IMG/VR virus record: IMGVR_UViG_3300027704_000023
Direction: 5' to 3' (one strand)
Length of the DNA stretch: 64,000 nt
Source: an uncultured virus (IMG/VR IMGVR_UViG_3300027704_000023)
Taxonomy: Duplodnaviria > Heunggongvirae > Uroviricota > Caudoviricetes > Crassvirales
Positions within the stretch are counted from its first letter, which is position 1, and every line of letters starts with the position of its first letter. The translations under genes were made by a program, and so were the position numbers. Under the pieces are notes generated by a model. That model searched no databases. It worked only from the letters and a program-made list of their open reading frames with translations, and had not been told where the DNA came from. Of this stretch, positions 36,457 through 46,629 are shown in pieces.

Positions 36457-37299
36457 ATGACCCAGAAAGTCAAAACGGCCCCTGAGCGCCCAAAAGCTCA
36501 AACAAAAAAAAGCTCAACAGAGCCAATTTTTACTCCTGTTGCTCCAGTAAAGAAGCAACGATCTATTAAGCGTAAAGAGGAAGTCCTTTTTCATGCAGAA
36601 TATGAAATTCCAAAAAACGCAGGTATTGTATATATGTTACCGCAAAAAGGTATTACTGTGTACGACAGTGATTTAGATACTGTACGTGAAATGCGCTATT
36701 GTCCAAATGAGCCAAGTATTTGGGCGGATGAGCAAGGAGATAATGCACGTAAAGAAACTGTAGCTTTTAGAGAGGGTAAACTATTTGCTCCTAAGGATAA
36801 GCCTAACTTACGTAAGTTTTTAGATTTACACCCTATGAATATGCGTAACGGAGGTAAGATCTTTAAGCAGATAGATAAACGAAAAGACGCAGAGATAGAA
36901 TTAAAGAAAGAATTCCTTCTTACTGACGCTATTGGTATGGTTAGAGACAAAGATATTTCTGAGCTTTTACCTATTGCTTTATACTTTGGTGTAAATATTA
37001 ACTCACCTGTAACGGAAATTAGATATAATTTGCTTAATATCGCGAAAAAGAAGACAGAAGAATTTATTCAATCTTTTGATTCTCCGCAAGTTCAAGTTAG
37101 ATCTACTGTACAACAAGCTAAGGATTATCAGATTATAAACATAAACGAGAACGGTTGTTACTGGTTTGATTCAAACAGACTTATTGTCTCAGTCCCAGTA
37201 GGACAGGACTCTATGGATGTTATGGTAAGGTTTTGCCTTACTGAAAAAGGAGCAGCAGTATTATCAACTCTAGAGGATAGGTTAGATAGATTAGGGTAA
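36457..37299 (+). CDS. Hypothetical phage protein (280 aa)
   Basis: ORF; REMRYCPNEPSIW, FLDLHP. Confidence 0.75.
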   Translation: MTQKVKTAPERPKAQTKKSSTEPIFTPVAPVKKQRSIKRKEEVLFHAEYEIPKNAGIVYMLPQKGITVYDSDLDTVREMRYCPNEPSIWADEQGDNARKETVAFREGKLFAPKDKPNLRKFLDLHPMNMRNGGKIFKQIDKRKDAEIELKKEFLLTDAIGMVRDKDISELLPIALYFGVNINSPVTEIRYNLLNIAKKKTEEFIQSFDSPQVQVRSTVQQAKDYQIININENGCYWFDSNRLIVSVPVGQDSMDVMVRFCLTEKGAAVLSTLEDRLDRLG

Positions 37300-37320
37300 A
37301 TATATTCTAACTTGACAGGA

Positions 37321-37361
37321 GAGCCGCCTTAATCGGGCGGCTTTTCTTTTGCGTATATTTG
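37321..37361 (+). terminator. Intrinsic terminator plus -7 promoter element
   Basis: GAGCCGCC-TTAATCG-GGCGGCTTTTCTTTT, then TATATTTG at 37354-37361. Confidence 0.85.
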
Positions 37362-37365
37362 TGGT

Positions 37366-38115
37366 ATGGTTAGCGTACAACAAGTGTATAAAACATTAAA
37401 GGATCTTGCTAATAAAGACCAAAAAGGCTTTATTACTCCTGCTGTGTTTAATAATTTCGCTGGTGTTGCTCAAATCAACATCTATAACGAGCTGTTTCAA
37501 GAACTTGTTAAAGCTAAGCAGATACAACGACAAAACTTTGACCCAGGTAGAGATAAGTCTGTACGTAAGAATATTACAGAAGATTTATCTGTGTTTATTG
37601 TAAGCGATTTTGATATAGAGGGTACAGATGGTTTATTTATTAAACCTGCTAACTTATCTAAGATTATATCTATATCCACGTCGGAAACAGACAGGCCTGG
37701 CATAGAGTTTACTTCAGGTAGATATAATAGAAAACAAGTTGAGCTTGTCTATGATGCTGAAAAAATAGATAGAATTCTTACAAGTAACTTATCTACTCCT
37801 ACAGAGGATTTTCCTGTTGCTTTAATAGCAGCGGATATTGAAGTCTTCCCGACTGAAGTGGATGAGATTAAAGTGACATATTACAGGCGTCCAGCTTCGA
37901 TTGCTTTTAATGGGGATGCAAGTGATTTACAACCAACATATAGCACTCAGCTTATGAATGGAAATCAAGTTTTTAACAGCACTGGAAGTTATAATTTTAT
38001 GCTTCCTTCTCACTACGTTACAGAATTAGTTATGGAAATGGCTAAGCTGGTAGGCGTTAGATTAAGAGACCCTAATTTAACTGGGTTTGCAGCAAACGAA
38101 GAAGCTTCTGAATAA
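37366..38115 (+). CDS. Head-tail adaptor or tail ring protein
   Basis: LANKDQKGFITPAVFN, VFPT...VTYYRRP, LP..Y..ELV; first gene of the tail module. Confidence 0.65.
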   Translation: MVSVQQVYKTLKDLANKDQKGFITPAVFNNFAGVAQINIYNELFQELVKAKQIQRQNFDPGRDKSVRKNITEDLSVFIVSDFDIEGTDGLFIKPANLSKIISISTSETDRPGIEFTSGRYNRKQVELVYDAEKIDRILTSNLSTPTEDFPVALIAADIEVFPTEVDEIKVTYYRRPASIAFNGDASDLQPTYSTQLMNGNQVFNSTGSYNFMLPSHYVTELVMEMAKLVGVRLRDPNLTGFAANEEASE

Positions 38116-38975
38116 TGAGTATGAACAAAGTAAAACTTAGTCAAATTATAAAGGATTTTATAATAACCTCCGATGGGGATGACTACGCTAATAACGTTTC
38201 AGATTTTGCTATAAGAAACTTTGCTCTTAGAGGTATACGGGAGATTGGATTTGATCTAGGTAAAAAGATTAAATCTATTAAAAGGACTATTAATACTACA
38301 AATGATACGGTAAGCCTTCCAGATGATTTCGTCGATTTACTTAAAGTAGGTATTGTTGGGGCTGATGGAGTTATTCATGTACTTAACCAGAACAAGCACA
38401 TTAACTATTCTAGGGAAATCCAACAAGACACTGCTGCTGACGGAACCATCTCTGATACAACTGATGTTATAGATAGCGCAGCAGGGCCTTTAAATATTAC
38501 TGCAAACCAAATACTAGATAGAGACCCATCCAAAAGCTCTACTACAGGAGCCACTACAAGCTCAGAGGATCAAGGTTTATATTTATTCGAGAACTATTTG
38601 TATCAGGGTGGATCGGGTCGTTTATACGGCGTTGGAGGAGGTCATGCAGCAGGTCAGTATAGATTAAATTTAGATGAAGATAGAATAGAGATTAAAATGA
38701 GTAGCTCAGGATCTGAGGTGGTTTTGGAATATATAGCTGACGAAGCCAGGTCGACTGACCCAGAGGTTCATGTATATGCAGAGGAAGCCTTACGTAGTTA
38801 CATGTATTACAAGATCGTAGAAAGAAAGTCTAGCGTTCCTGCAAATGAAAAGGCTAGAGCTAGAAGTGAGTATTATAACGAAAGAAGAAAAGCAAATGCT
38901 AGGCTAAGCAACTTCACAAAAGAAGAAGCGTTGAGCACTATACGCCGAAACTTCAAGCAAGCGCCTAAGTATTAA
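38115..38975 (+). CDS. Tail ring protein
   Basis: TVSLPDDFV, VLEYIAD, AEEALRSYMYY; position. Confidence 0.6.
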   Translation: MSMNKVKLSQIIKDFIITSDGDDYANNVSDFAIRNFALRGIREIGFDLGKKIKSIKRTINTTNDTVSLPDDFVDLLKVGIVGADGVIHVLNQNKHINYSREIQQDTAADGTISDTTDVIDSAAGPLNITANQILDRDPSKSSTTGATTSSEDQGLYLFENYLYQGGSGRLYGVGGGHAAGQYRLNLDEDRIEIKMSSSGSEVVLEYIADEARSTDPEVHVYAEEALRSYMYYKIVERKSSVPANEKARARSEYYNERRKANARLSNFTKEEALSTIRRNFKQAPKY

Positions 38976-41900
38976 TGGCTATAGATAAGATCATACCAAT
39001 CAGACTTGATAAATCGTCTGACTACAAACTAGTACCTAAAACTAGTATGGTGGACGCCCTTAACATGCTTATCACTGAGGATGAATCTGACGGTGGGGAT
39101 AATTCTACTGGAAACCTAGGTGTTCTTAAGAATTTAAAAGGTAATCAGGTTATAGAGTATGTTACTAGCTCAGGGGTTGGAGAGGGAAATGCTAAGATTA
39201 TTGGTAGCGTTACAGACACTAAGCTTAAAATAGTATACTTTTTTGTATGGCATGAAAATGCTTCGGAGCACGGTGTGTATGCTTACGATCAGTTTGGTAA
39301 GCTTCCTGGAGGGGGTAATACGTCGGGGAGAATTAGGAGAATACATAAATCTAATCTATATAAGTTTCCAGAGCACGGATTTGTAAAAGGAGACATAATA
39401 TACACCTCTAAAAGCAGGTTAGATCAAAGTTCAGGGGGCCCTATTAAGCCAAACACACAGAAAGATTTTGAGAAAGATACTATTCTGTACTTTACAGACA
39501 ATACTAACGAGCCTCGTAAACTAAATGTTTATATGGCAATGTTAAGTTTAGATGGCACTTATTCTCCAGAGGATAAGTTGGACTTTATTACAGCTTGCCC
39601 AAAGACTCCTTTAACACCTATTACATTTGAGTTTGACTCCGATCCAGACAGGACTATTAGTAATTTTAAGTCTGGTCCAGGATTTCAATTTGCGTATCAA
39701 TACATTTCTAAAGACGGGGTTGAATCTGCTATATCTCCATACTCAGACATAGCTTTTTCTCCTGGGATTATAAATCAAGGAACTCTTACTAGTATAGATC
39801 ATTCTCTTCATAACAGATGTCAACTTAACATTCCGTTGGGAGGGGCTGAAATTAAAAGCATTAGAATACTTGCTAGACAATTTAACAATCCAGAACTCGT
39901 TGAGATAGACGAGACCCCTAATTCAACCAGAGGATTGGGGTCTACTAAGATTTATTCTTTTTATAACGATAGAATTGTAAAAGGAGTAAGTACAAATGAA
40001 GTAAATAAACAATTTGACAACCTCCCAAGAAAAGCTGAAGCTCAGTCCGTGGTCGACAATAGGTTAATGTACGGGAATTATTTAGAAGGCTTCGATAACG
40101 TTAGCACTTCTTGCAGCGGAACGGTAACTTTTGAGCCAAGGGGGGTAGAGTTGATTGATTTCGATTTAAAAGTAGTTCCTGCTATATCAGAGAGCGATGA
40201 AACGGAGGGACCTGGAGCTAAAAACAAAAGCGCTGGATATATATTAGACGCTTCACAACTGCCTCAGGAGCTTGTTGCGGGCACGGTTATATCTGTTTCT
40301 TTAAACATATCTCCTGGATCTAATTTTCATGTTTATCAAGCTAACAATTCTTATCATCAGTCTAGGCATAAAGGAGCTTTTCAGCAGGGTACTGAGTATC
40401 AAATAAATTATAACGCATCAGCCGCAGATGGAAATTACGACGGTGGAGATTATGGTAACGGAGAAAACACAACTTACGGACATCAGACAATAGATACCTC
40501 AGGAGCTCAATGGATTCAAGACAGGATTTTAAATTCTGGAAAAACGGTAAACTGGAAAGGCGATCCATTGCCGTGGGGTATTCCTTATTCAGGTAATAAT
40601 CATGGGGTAGGGGTTAAAAATCTTACTTTGGGGCTTTCAGTAGGTCCAAAATGGAATACAACGTTAGGGTCTAACTCATCCGCTCAACCAAAAAATGCGT
40701 CTTACGGAACTAGCGCAGGTAATCCTTTGATTTTTAAAGGAGGGTTGTTAACTTTTTCATGTAAGATTAAAGTTTTATCAGATATCGAAAACGATGGAAG
40801 AGCAGCTTTAACGTCAGCTATCTCTCAAGCTTTATCTGGAGACCCAATTACCTGGAATGGTGGCGAAGCTTTTGAATTGATAAACTCTGAAAGTGAAATT
40901 CTTCACCTTATAGACGAAGATTTAGAGAATGGTCAAAAAATTTCTGAAGGATCCCCTTTAAGTAAGCTTATTTCTGGTGTAATAGAAACACACGATATAG
41001 AAGACGACACTGAGGAGACTATGACATCTATTTACAAGTCTCCATTAGGGCACTTTATTGTAAAAAAAGCAGATGTAACTTTTTACCTTGAAAAAGACAG
41101 CGCATTTAGTAGTATAAACTCAAATTACGAAATGTTAAGGTTGTGCATAGGGGAAGTTAAAAACGTTGAAACGGTAACTGTTGCAAAAAAGAAATTTCCT
41201 AATTCTCCGTGGTTTGTTTTTACAAAAGCTTTTTTAAATGGGACCAATCCAGATATTTCTTCATTTAGCTATGGATTTGGAGGTTTAACTACTAATGATC
41301 CTAGTCCTTCTGACCCTAACATCTCAGGAACGAATTTAATAAACGAGGAGCTAAACACTCTAGATGATTGGAATTACAGTTACGAACAAGAAGCCACCAC
41401 GGAGCCTTACTCTGTAAATTTAGATTTCTCTGAGTTTGGCGGAGATAATGTAAGTGTAGAAAACGACGCTACAGTTTTGCCAGTCCAAGTAGCTGGTCTT
41501 GAGACTGTATTTCTTTCAGCGGAAGCAGGAACCTTAAATATTTCAGGAGAAATTGATGACGAGGGTGTTTATCCAGTACTAAAAAACAATCTAGAACAAC
41601 TACAGGAACAGTTTTTTTTAGGGTATTTAGATTTTACTGAGTTTGAACTTGAGGGTCAGTCATCTAGCAATTTTTTTGGGTATAATAAATTTAATGAGCC
41701 TGAAGATACATTCCCATTTTCTCTTCTCGATGGAGAGGGTGGTCCAGGTGGTAATTTAAGTCATAACCTGGTAAACGGATCTAATGACGTCCCAAGCTTA
41801 TCTTCTGCACCAAGAAGGGTTCATGTTTATAATAGAAGATATTTTACAGGTGGGGGGCTTAATAGCATTACTGAACACTATGACTCTGCTGAGGTAGTTA

Positions 41901-44900
41901 GAGTAATTGGTTTAACTGGGGCGGAATTTACAGGCACTGTAAACTCAAGAATTATTCCCACTCGTGATAGTTTTTTACAACATACTAATTACTCAGCGGA
42001 TACCGCTGGAGGGCAGCAAGGACAAGGTGTAGGTTGGGAGGAAAGTGATCCCATTACAGGTGAAAGTGGAATCCGAGTCCCTAACAGATCTTTTATACCT
42101 TTACTTCAAGGCACACCAAAAAAAGGTTTAGATTATCCAGTTGATGATGGTGATGTGTATCCTTACTCACATTATTTCCAGCAATCTTCAGACTGGCCTT
42201 TTGTTATAGATTTCCCCCAAAAACATACATATATAGAGATATTAAATAAATCAATTATCTTACAACCTCCTGGAAGTTCTGGAGGTGAAGGAGGGGATAG
42301 GACTTTTAAAAGCAACGCAAATCATGATTTCGGTATCGTGTATTACGATCAAAGGGGAAGGCATGGCTTTGTAAGTCATTTACAAACAGTATATGTTCCA
42401 GGATATTCTCAATTAGAAAGAGGTGTCCCTTATTACGGAAGAAGCGTAATTACTTTAAACATACATCACGATCCGCCAAATTGGGCTCATTCTTATAAGT
42501 TAGCTTATACTAAAAACACCAGCGTTGAAAATTTTATTCAGTACTCTGCGGGTGGAGCTTTTCCTGCTGAGGATATTGGAAGCCTTATTCAAAGTTCTCT
42601 TATATATGTGTCTTTAAATTACCTGCAAGAGAGTTCTTTATCATATGTATCTGACTGGGGCGCTAGAACTCCAGAAGGAGGTTTAAGTATGTTTAAGCAT
42701 ATAGATGGGGGTAATCAAAAAGTTAGAGTTGTATCTGCGTATAGCGAAAACAATAACAGAGAGTTTTTTCACAACTATGAGTTTGACATAGTAGATGTTG
42801 TACTTTTAGGTTTAACCAACAACCCTTTATCTAGTTTCCCAGAACAAGATCCTGAAAAAACGGGTGAGTTTGTTGTTTTAAAAAACAATCCAAATGCTGA
42901 AGGTTTTAGTTTTTCCGCTGTTGCCGATAACAGTCATTTATGGAATAACAACTGCATTATAGAGTTATACACCCCTAAAAAAGATATAGAATCGGAGAGT
43001 AGATTTTATTATGAAATAGGAGATACTTATAAAGTCAACAATCCAGGAGGGATCACCGCTAGCCACAGTATGACAAACATTACGTTAGATAAAGGTGATG
43101 TATGGTGGAGGAGGGTACCTGTTAACCTTAGAGAATACGCAGACAGTGATTTTACTGAATTAATAAATTCTAACGAAAGCGGTACAGAAGGGGTTTATTC
43201 ATCAAATTTTAAGTCGTATTACTTAGAGACTGAAACGGCTTCTGATTTATTTAAAGCTAATGCTTCCTTAATAGGTAGACCTAATATTATTTTAAATGAC
43301 GCTGTAGAGACTATAAGAGAGTCTAGTATAACATATTCAGATCAAAGCAATCCAAACTCTAGCAAGATAAATTACTCTTCTTTTAATTTAACCTTATCTA
43401 ACTTTAAGGATTTACAAGAGGAATTTGGAGATATTAATTATATGTGCAATATGGAGGGGGATGTATTTGTTATACAGTCCGATAGATGTACTCTCGTGCC
43501 AGCTAGCAAGACTTTATTTTCAGATGTTTCTGGCACCAATACGGTAGCAGCATCAAAGAGTCCTTTGGGTCAAGAGAAAATATTTGCAGGTAGGGCAGGA
43601 TGTGATAATAACCCAGAGTCTGTCGTCCAGGTAGGGGCGTTTGTATATTTCGCTCATAAGAACTTAGGTAAGGTCTATAGATTTAACCCTTCTAACGGGG
43701 TGAGTGAAATCTCTGATAAGGGTATGGCTTCGTATTTTAGAGGGTTATTTAAAGCGGCTATAAATAAATCCATATCAATTGGAGACTTTATAAACTATGA
43801 TGATGTAAGGGTAGTTGGCGGATTTGACCCAGTAAACGAAGAGTATTTACTTACTGTTGTAGACCCGTTAACTTACGGGGCTGTACAGAGCGGAGGCGGC
43901 TCAGGAGGTAATGATGATAGTGCAAGTTCTGTAACAGTAAACTCTTTAGAGCAACAGATATGGAACATTATGGACGCTATTGTTAGCACACAAGACGAAA
44001 ATGATGAAAAGGTATTTGACATTGAAGATCTACCTATTGTTTTACAAGATTTTTACAACTCTGGGGGTACAGAGTCATTAGACCCTAACAATGACGGTAT
44101 ATTTGATGCAACGGAAATAGTCAATTCAGATTCTATCAGGGGAGGTTTAGAATCAGGTATAGACGATTTAACGCTTGAGCTTACTCAGTCTTTAACAGAG
44201 TCTTTAGCTAATAACGATTTAAGTATTATACATGACGCTATAGCGGATTCAAATGTTGAAGAAAGCGTTAATGGAGTTATCGGTTATATAAATAATTTAG
44301 AATTACCTGATGCGGACGCAGAACTTTTTGAGCAGCATATACAAAATGTTGTTTTACCGCTTAGAAATTATGTTAATCACCTAAACGTCAGAAGACAATC
44401 TTATTTCTCTGGCACAACGGATGAGATATTGGGTGCCTTTGCTTCTGGATCGGCAAGTCCTGAGGACTTCATGGGTGTTGTAGGTGAAGGTGGCTCTTTT
44501 CCTTTAACGAGAATTTTAGAAAACGCAACAGCTGTTTCTAATGCTCTACAAACAATTCAACTAGCATTTGCTGGTGGTAATGGTAGGGGACTTCAAGGCA
44601 CTGATGAGAATCCAGTTTATGCAAACGGGGATGTATTTAATGGGCCAGTACTTGAAAATCAAGAAAGTGTTTTGCTAAATGGAGATTTTTTCCCTGAATT
44701 TAAAACTGCTTTAACTTCCATTATGAATGAGAGTGTTTCTGGAGAGATAAGTTCTTTAGATGTGGCTCAGGAGTTTATCGCTTCAAGCTATTTGGGCATA
44801 GTAGGAAGTGATGCTATATCAAACATTCAAGCAAATCAAATACCTACAGCTATAGTAGATGCATTAAACGAACAATTTAATAGTAATCTGTTAGTCACAG

Positions 44901-45610
44901 ACATACCTGTTGCATTAGTTAAAGTTATAGAAGATAGCTATTTATTTGGAGGCTTTGATTTTGCACCAGACAATCCGAATCTGTCTGCTCAGGTTATAGA
45001 AACTTCTCGACCTATACTTGCTCAGGAGATAGTAGATAATTTTATTGGGAGTAATCAGTTTCTTGAGAATTCATTACAGCAAATTATAGAACATAACGGT
45101 CTAGTAGATCAACAGGATTTAATACAATATATACTAGGTCTTCAAAGCAACGCTACAGCTTTAAATACTTTTGTAAATGCTTATGTAGAACCAAATCTAC
45201 CTCCAGGAGCAACTCAAGCCGAAAGGTTATCAGCTTTAGCGAGCCATATTGTTGGTATAAACAACTTTAACTCTGACATTGCGACCTTTATCGATACTCT
45301 TGCAGGAGTTAACAATGTGGGTGATTTAATAGGATTTGTAAATACTTTAAAAGATGCTGTAGCAACTTTAGAAGGTAACCAAGGTTACTTCACTATAAAT
45401 GACATAATAGCTGCAGAGGGTATTAGTTTAAACGATCTTATAAACATAAAACAACAAATGGCCCTTGCAGGTGCAGACATTGATTTTGTGTCAGCTGATC
45501 TTGATAATAGCAAAGAAATAGGATCTGGGGATCTGTTGAGGTTCTTAGCTAAGTTTACGCAGAATCAGTTTGATGTTAATTACGATGCTCCGTTTTCTCC
45601 AACACTTTAA
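38975..45610 (+). CDS. Tail stabilisation/muzzle-like protein with a long acidic C-terminal extension
   Basis: DALNM, LYFTDNTNEPRKLN, FQFAYQY, NRLMYGNYLEG, GIVYYDQRGR, NPESV, GGFDP..EYLLT motifs. Confidence 0.75.
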   Translation: MAIDKIIPIRLDKSSDYKLVPKTSMVDALNMLITEDESDGGDNSTGNLGVLKNLKGNQVIEYVTSSGVGEGNAKIIGSVTDTKLKIVYFFVWHENASEHGVYAYDQFGKLPGGGNTSGRIRRIHKSNLYKFPEHGFVKGDIIYTSKSRLDQSSGGPIKPNTQKDFEKDTILYFTDNTNEPRKLNVYMAMLSLDGTYSPEDKLDFITACPKTPLTPITFEFDSDPDRTISNFKSGPGFQFAYQYISKDGVESAISPYSDIAFSPGIINQGTLTSIDHSLHNRCQLNIPLGGAEIKSIRILARQFNNPELVEIDETPNSTRGLGSTKIYSFYNDRIVKGVSTNEVNKQFDNLPRKAEAQSVVDNRLMYGNYLEGFDNVSTSCSGTVTFEPRGVELIDFDLKVVPAISESDETEGPGAKNKSAGYILDASQLPQELVAGTVISVSLNISPGSNFHVYQANNSYHQSRHKGAFQQGTEYQINYNASAADGNYDGGDYGNGENTTYGHQTIDTSGAQWIQDRILNSGKTVNWKGDPLPWGIPYSGNNHGVGVKNLTLGLSVGPKWNTTLGSNSSAQPKNASYGTSAGNPLIFKGGLLTFSCKIKVLSDIENDGRAALTSAISQALSGDPITWNGGEAFELINSESEILHLIDEDLENGQKISEGSPLSKLISGVIETHDIEDDTEETMTSIYKSPLGHFIVKKADVTFYLEKDSAFSSINSNYEMLRLCIGEVKNVETVTVAKKKFPNSPWFVFTKAFLNGTNPDISSFSYGFGGLTTNDPSPSDPNISGTNLINEELNTLDDWNYSYEQEATTEPYSVNLDFSEFGGDNVSVENDATVLPVQVAGLETVFLSAEAGTLNISGEIDDEGVYPVLKNNLEQLQEQFFLGYLDFTEFELEGQSSSNFFGYNKFNEPEDTFPFSLLDGEGGPGGNLSHNLVNGSNDVPSLSSAPRRVHVYNRRYFTGGGLNSITEHYDSAEVVRVIGLTGAEFTGTVNSRIIPTRDSFLQHTNYSADTAGGQQGQGVGWEESDPITGESGIRVPNRSFIPLLQGTPKKGLDYPVDDGDVYPYSHYFQQSSDWPFVIDFPQKHTYIEILNKSIILQPPGSSGGEGGDRTFKSNANHDFGIVYYDQRGRHGFVSHLQTVYVPGYSQLERGVPYYGRSVITLNIHHDPPNWAHSYKLAYTKNTSVENFIQYSAGGAFPAEDIGSLIQSSLIYVSLNYLQESSLSYVSDWGARTPEGGLSMFKHIDGGNQKVRVVSAYSENNNREFFHNYEFDIVDVVLLGLTNNPLSSFPEQDPEKTGEFVVLKNNPNAEGFSFSAVADNSHLWNNNCIIELYTPKKDIESESRFYYEIGDTYKVNNPGGITASHSMTNITLDKGDVWWRRVPVNLREYADSDFTELINSNESGTEGVYSSNFKSYYLETETASDLFKANASLIGRPNIILNDAVETIRESSITYSDQSNPNSSKINYSSFNLTLSNFKDLQEEFGDINYMCNMEGDVFVIQSDRCTLVPASKTLFSDVSGTNTVAASKSPLGQEKIFAGRAGCDNNPESVVQVGAFVYFAHKNLGKVYRFNPSNGVSEISDKGMASYFRGLFKAAINKSISIGDFINYDDVRVVGGFDPVNEEYLLTVVDPLTYGAVQSGGGSGGNDDSASSVTVNSLEQQIWNIMDAIVSTQDENDEKVFDIEDLPIVLQDFYNSGGTESLDPNNDGIFDATEIVNSDSIRGGLESGIDDLTLELTQSLTESLANNDLSIIHDAIADSNVEESVNGVIGYINNLELPDADAELFEQHIQNVVLPLRNYVNHLNVRRQSYFSGTTDEILGAFASGSASPEDFMGVVGEGGSFPLTRILENATAVSNALQTIQLAFAGGNGRGLQGTDENPVYANGDVFNGPVLENQESVLLNGDFFPEFKTALTSIMNESVSGEISSLDVAQEFIASSYLGIVGSDAISNIQANQIPTAIVDALNEQFNSNLLVTDIPVALVKVIEDSYLFGGFDFAPDNPNLSAQVIETSRPILAQEIVDNFIGSNQFLENSLQQIIEHNGLVDQQDLIQYILGLQSNATALNTFVNAYVEPNLPPGATQAERLSALASHIVGINNFNSDIATFIDTLAGVNNVGDLIGFVNTLKDAVATLEGNQGYFTINDIIAAEGISLNDLINIKQQMALAGADIDFVSADLDNSKEIGSGDLLRFLAKFTQNQFDVNYDAPFSPTL

Positions 45611-45621
45611 TAATATAATAT

Positions 45622-46581
45622 ATGGGGCAATACCAAGGTAAAACAATAGCTTTTTCGCATAAAGGTGGGTTCTGGAAAACCAGATATAGCTACACCCCTA
45701 CTTGCTATGCAACTATGGATAATGTTATGATAAGTAACAACACAGGGGCTACGTATTCTAATAATTTATTCTGGGAGCATGAGGTAAATTCTACGCATAA
45801 TAATTTTTATGGGGTAGACAATGACTCCTCACTAACCTTAGTATCTAATCAAGACCCTAGCGCTGTAAAGATATATAAGGCCTTATCCCTAGAGAGCAAT
45901 TCCGTTGAGTGGAGAGGGCAAGTAAGCACTCATGTACATCAAAACCCAGACAATACTAATGAGCTGCAGCACGGGGTTATAAAAGGATTCATTACTAAAG
46001 AAGGTAATCAATACAGCGAGATACCTAGATCTACTTTAAACTCTAGTAGTCATATAGACTACGTATGTTCTATTGAAGACCTGTTTGTAGGTGAAGCAGA
46101 TGTTGAAGGAGTGTTGACCGCATGGGATATTTCAGTAAATGTTCCAGACGTTGCTATTTTAACTGGAAACGGATCAATTGCTTTGTTTGTGGATAACACT
46201 GGCGTAGCTTATTATTTAAGTTTTGCGAATGAAGCATGGGTGCTAGTTTTGTTTACAGAATATTCTTATCAGACATCAAATGTATTTATATATAGTTATA
46301 ATAGCGACAATACTATAACGTTAGCCGTGGGACCTGATTACGCTTTAGGCACTTTAGATAATGCTTTTACAGGGGCTAACTGGTCGAGCGGAGTAAAACT
46401 TTTTAATGCTTCTGACCCGTCAGTCAATGGTGACCCTATGAGAGGTCAGTATTTAAGATTAGATTTAGTAAACTCACAAAAAACTCCTGTAGAGACATAT
46501 GCTATAAACGTGGACTTTGAGAACACAAAACTAGACGGTAGTAAACCTGCAGTAAAAAAGGCCTCACCTGCTAAAAAGTAA
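45622..46581 (+). CDS. Separately encoded C-terminal part of the stabilisation/muzzle-like protein
   Basis: TIAFS...W.TRYSY.P, NNFYG, K.YKALSLES, KEG, GDPMRGQY motifs usually follow GGFDP in one chain. Confidence 0.6.
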   Translation: MGQYQGKTIAFSHKGGFWKTRYSYTPTCYATMDNVMISNNTGATYSNNLFWEHEVNSTHNNFYGVDNDSSLTLVSNQDPSAVKIYKALSLESNSVEWRGQVSTHVHQNPDNTNELQHGVIKGFITKEGNQYSEIPRSTLNSSSHIDYVCSIEDLFVGEADVEGVLTAWDISVNVPDVAILTGNGSIALFVDNTGVAYYLSFANEAWVLVLFTEYSYQTSNVFIYSYNSDNTITLAVGPDYALGTLDNAFTGANWSSGVKLFNASDPSVNGDPMRGQYLRLDLVNSQKTPVETYAINVDFENTKLDGSKPAVKKASPAKK

Positions 46582-46594
46582 CCCTTTTTTGTAG

Positions 46595-46602
46595 TATTTT
46601 TG
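46595..46602 (+). promoter_or_regulatory. -7 element TATTTTTG
   Basis: Consensus match, intergenic. Confidence 0.55.
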
Positions 46603-46629
46603 TACAAACTGTAATAACATGAAGAATTA

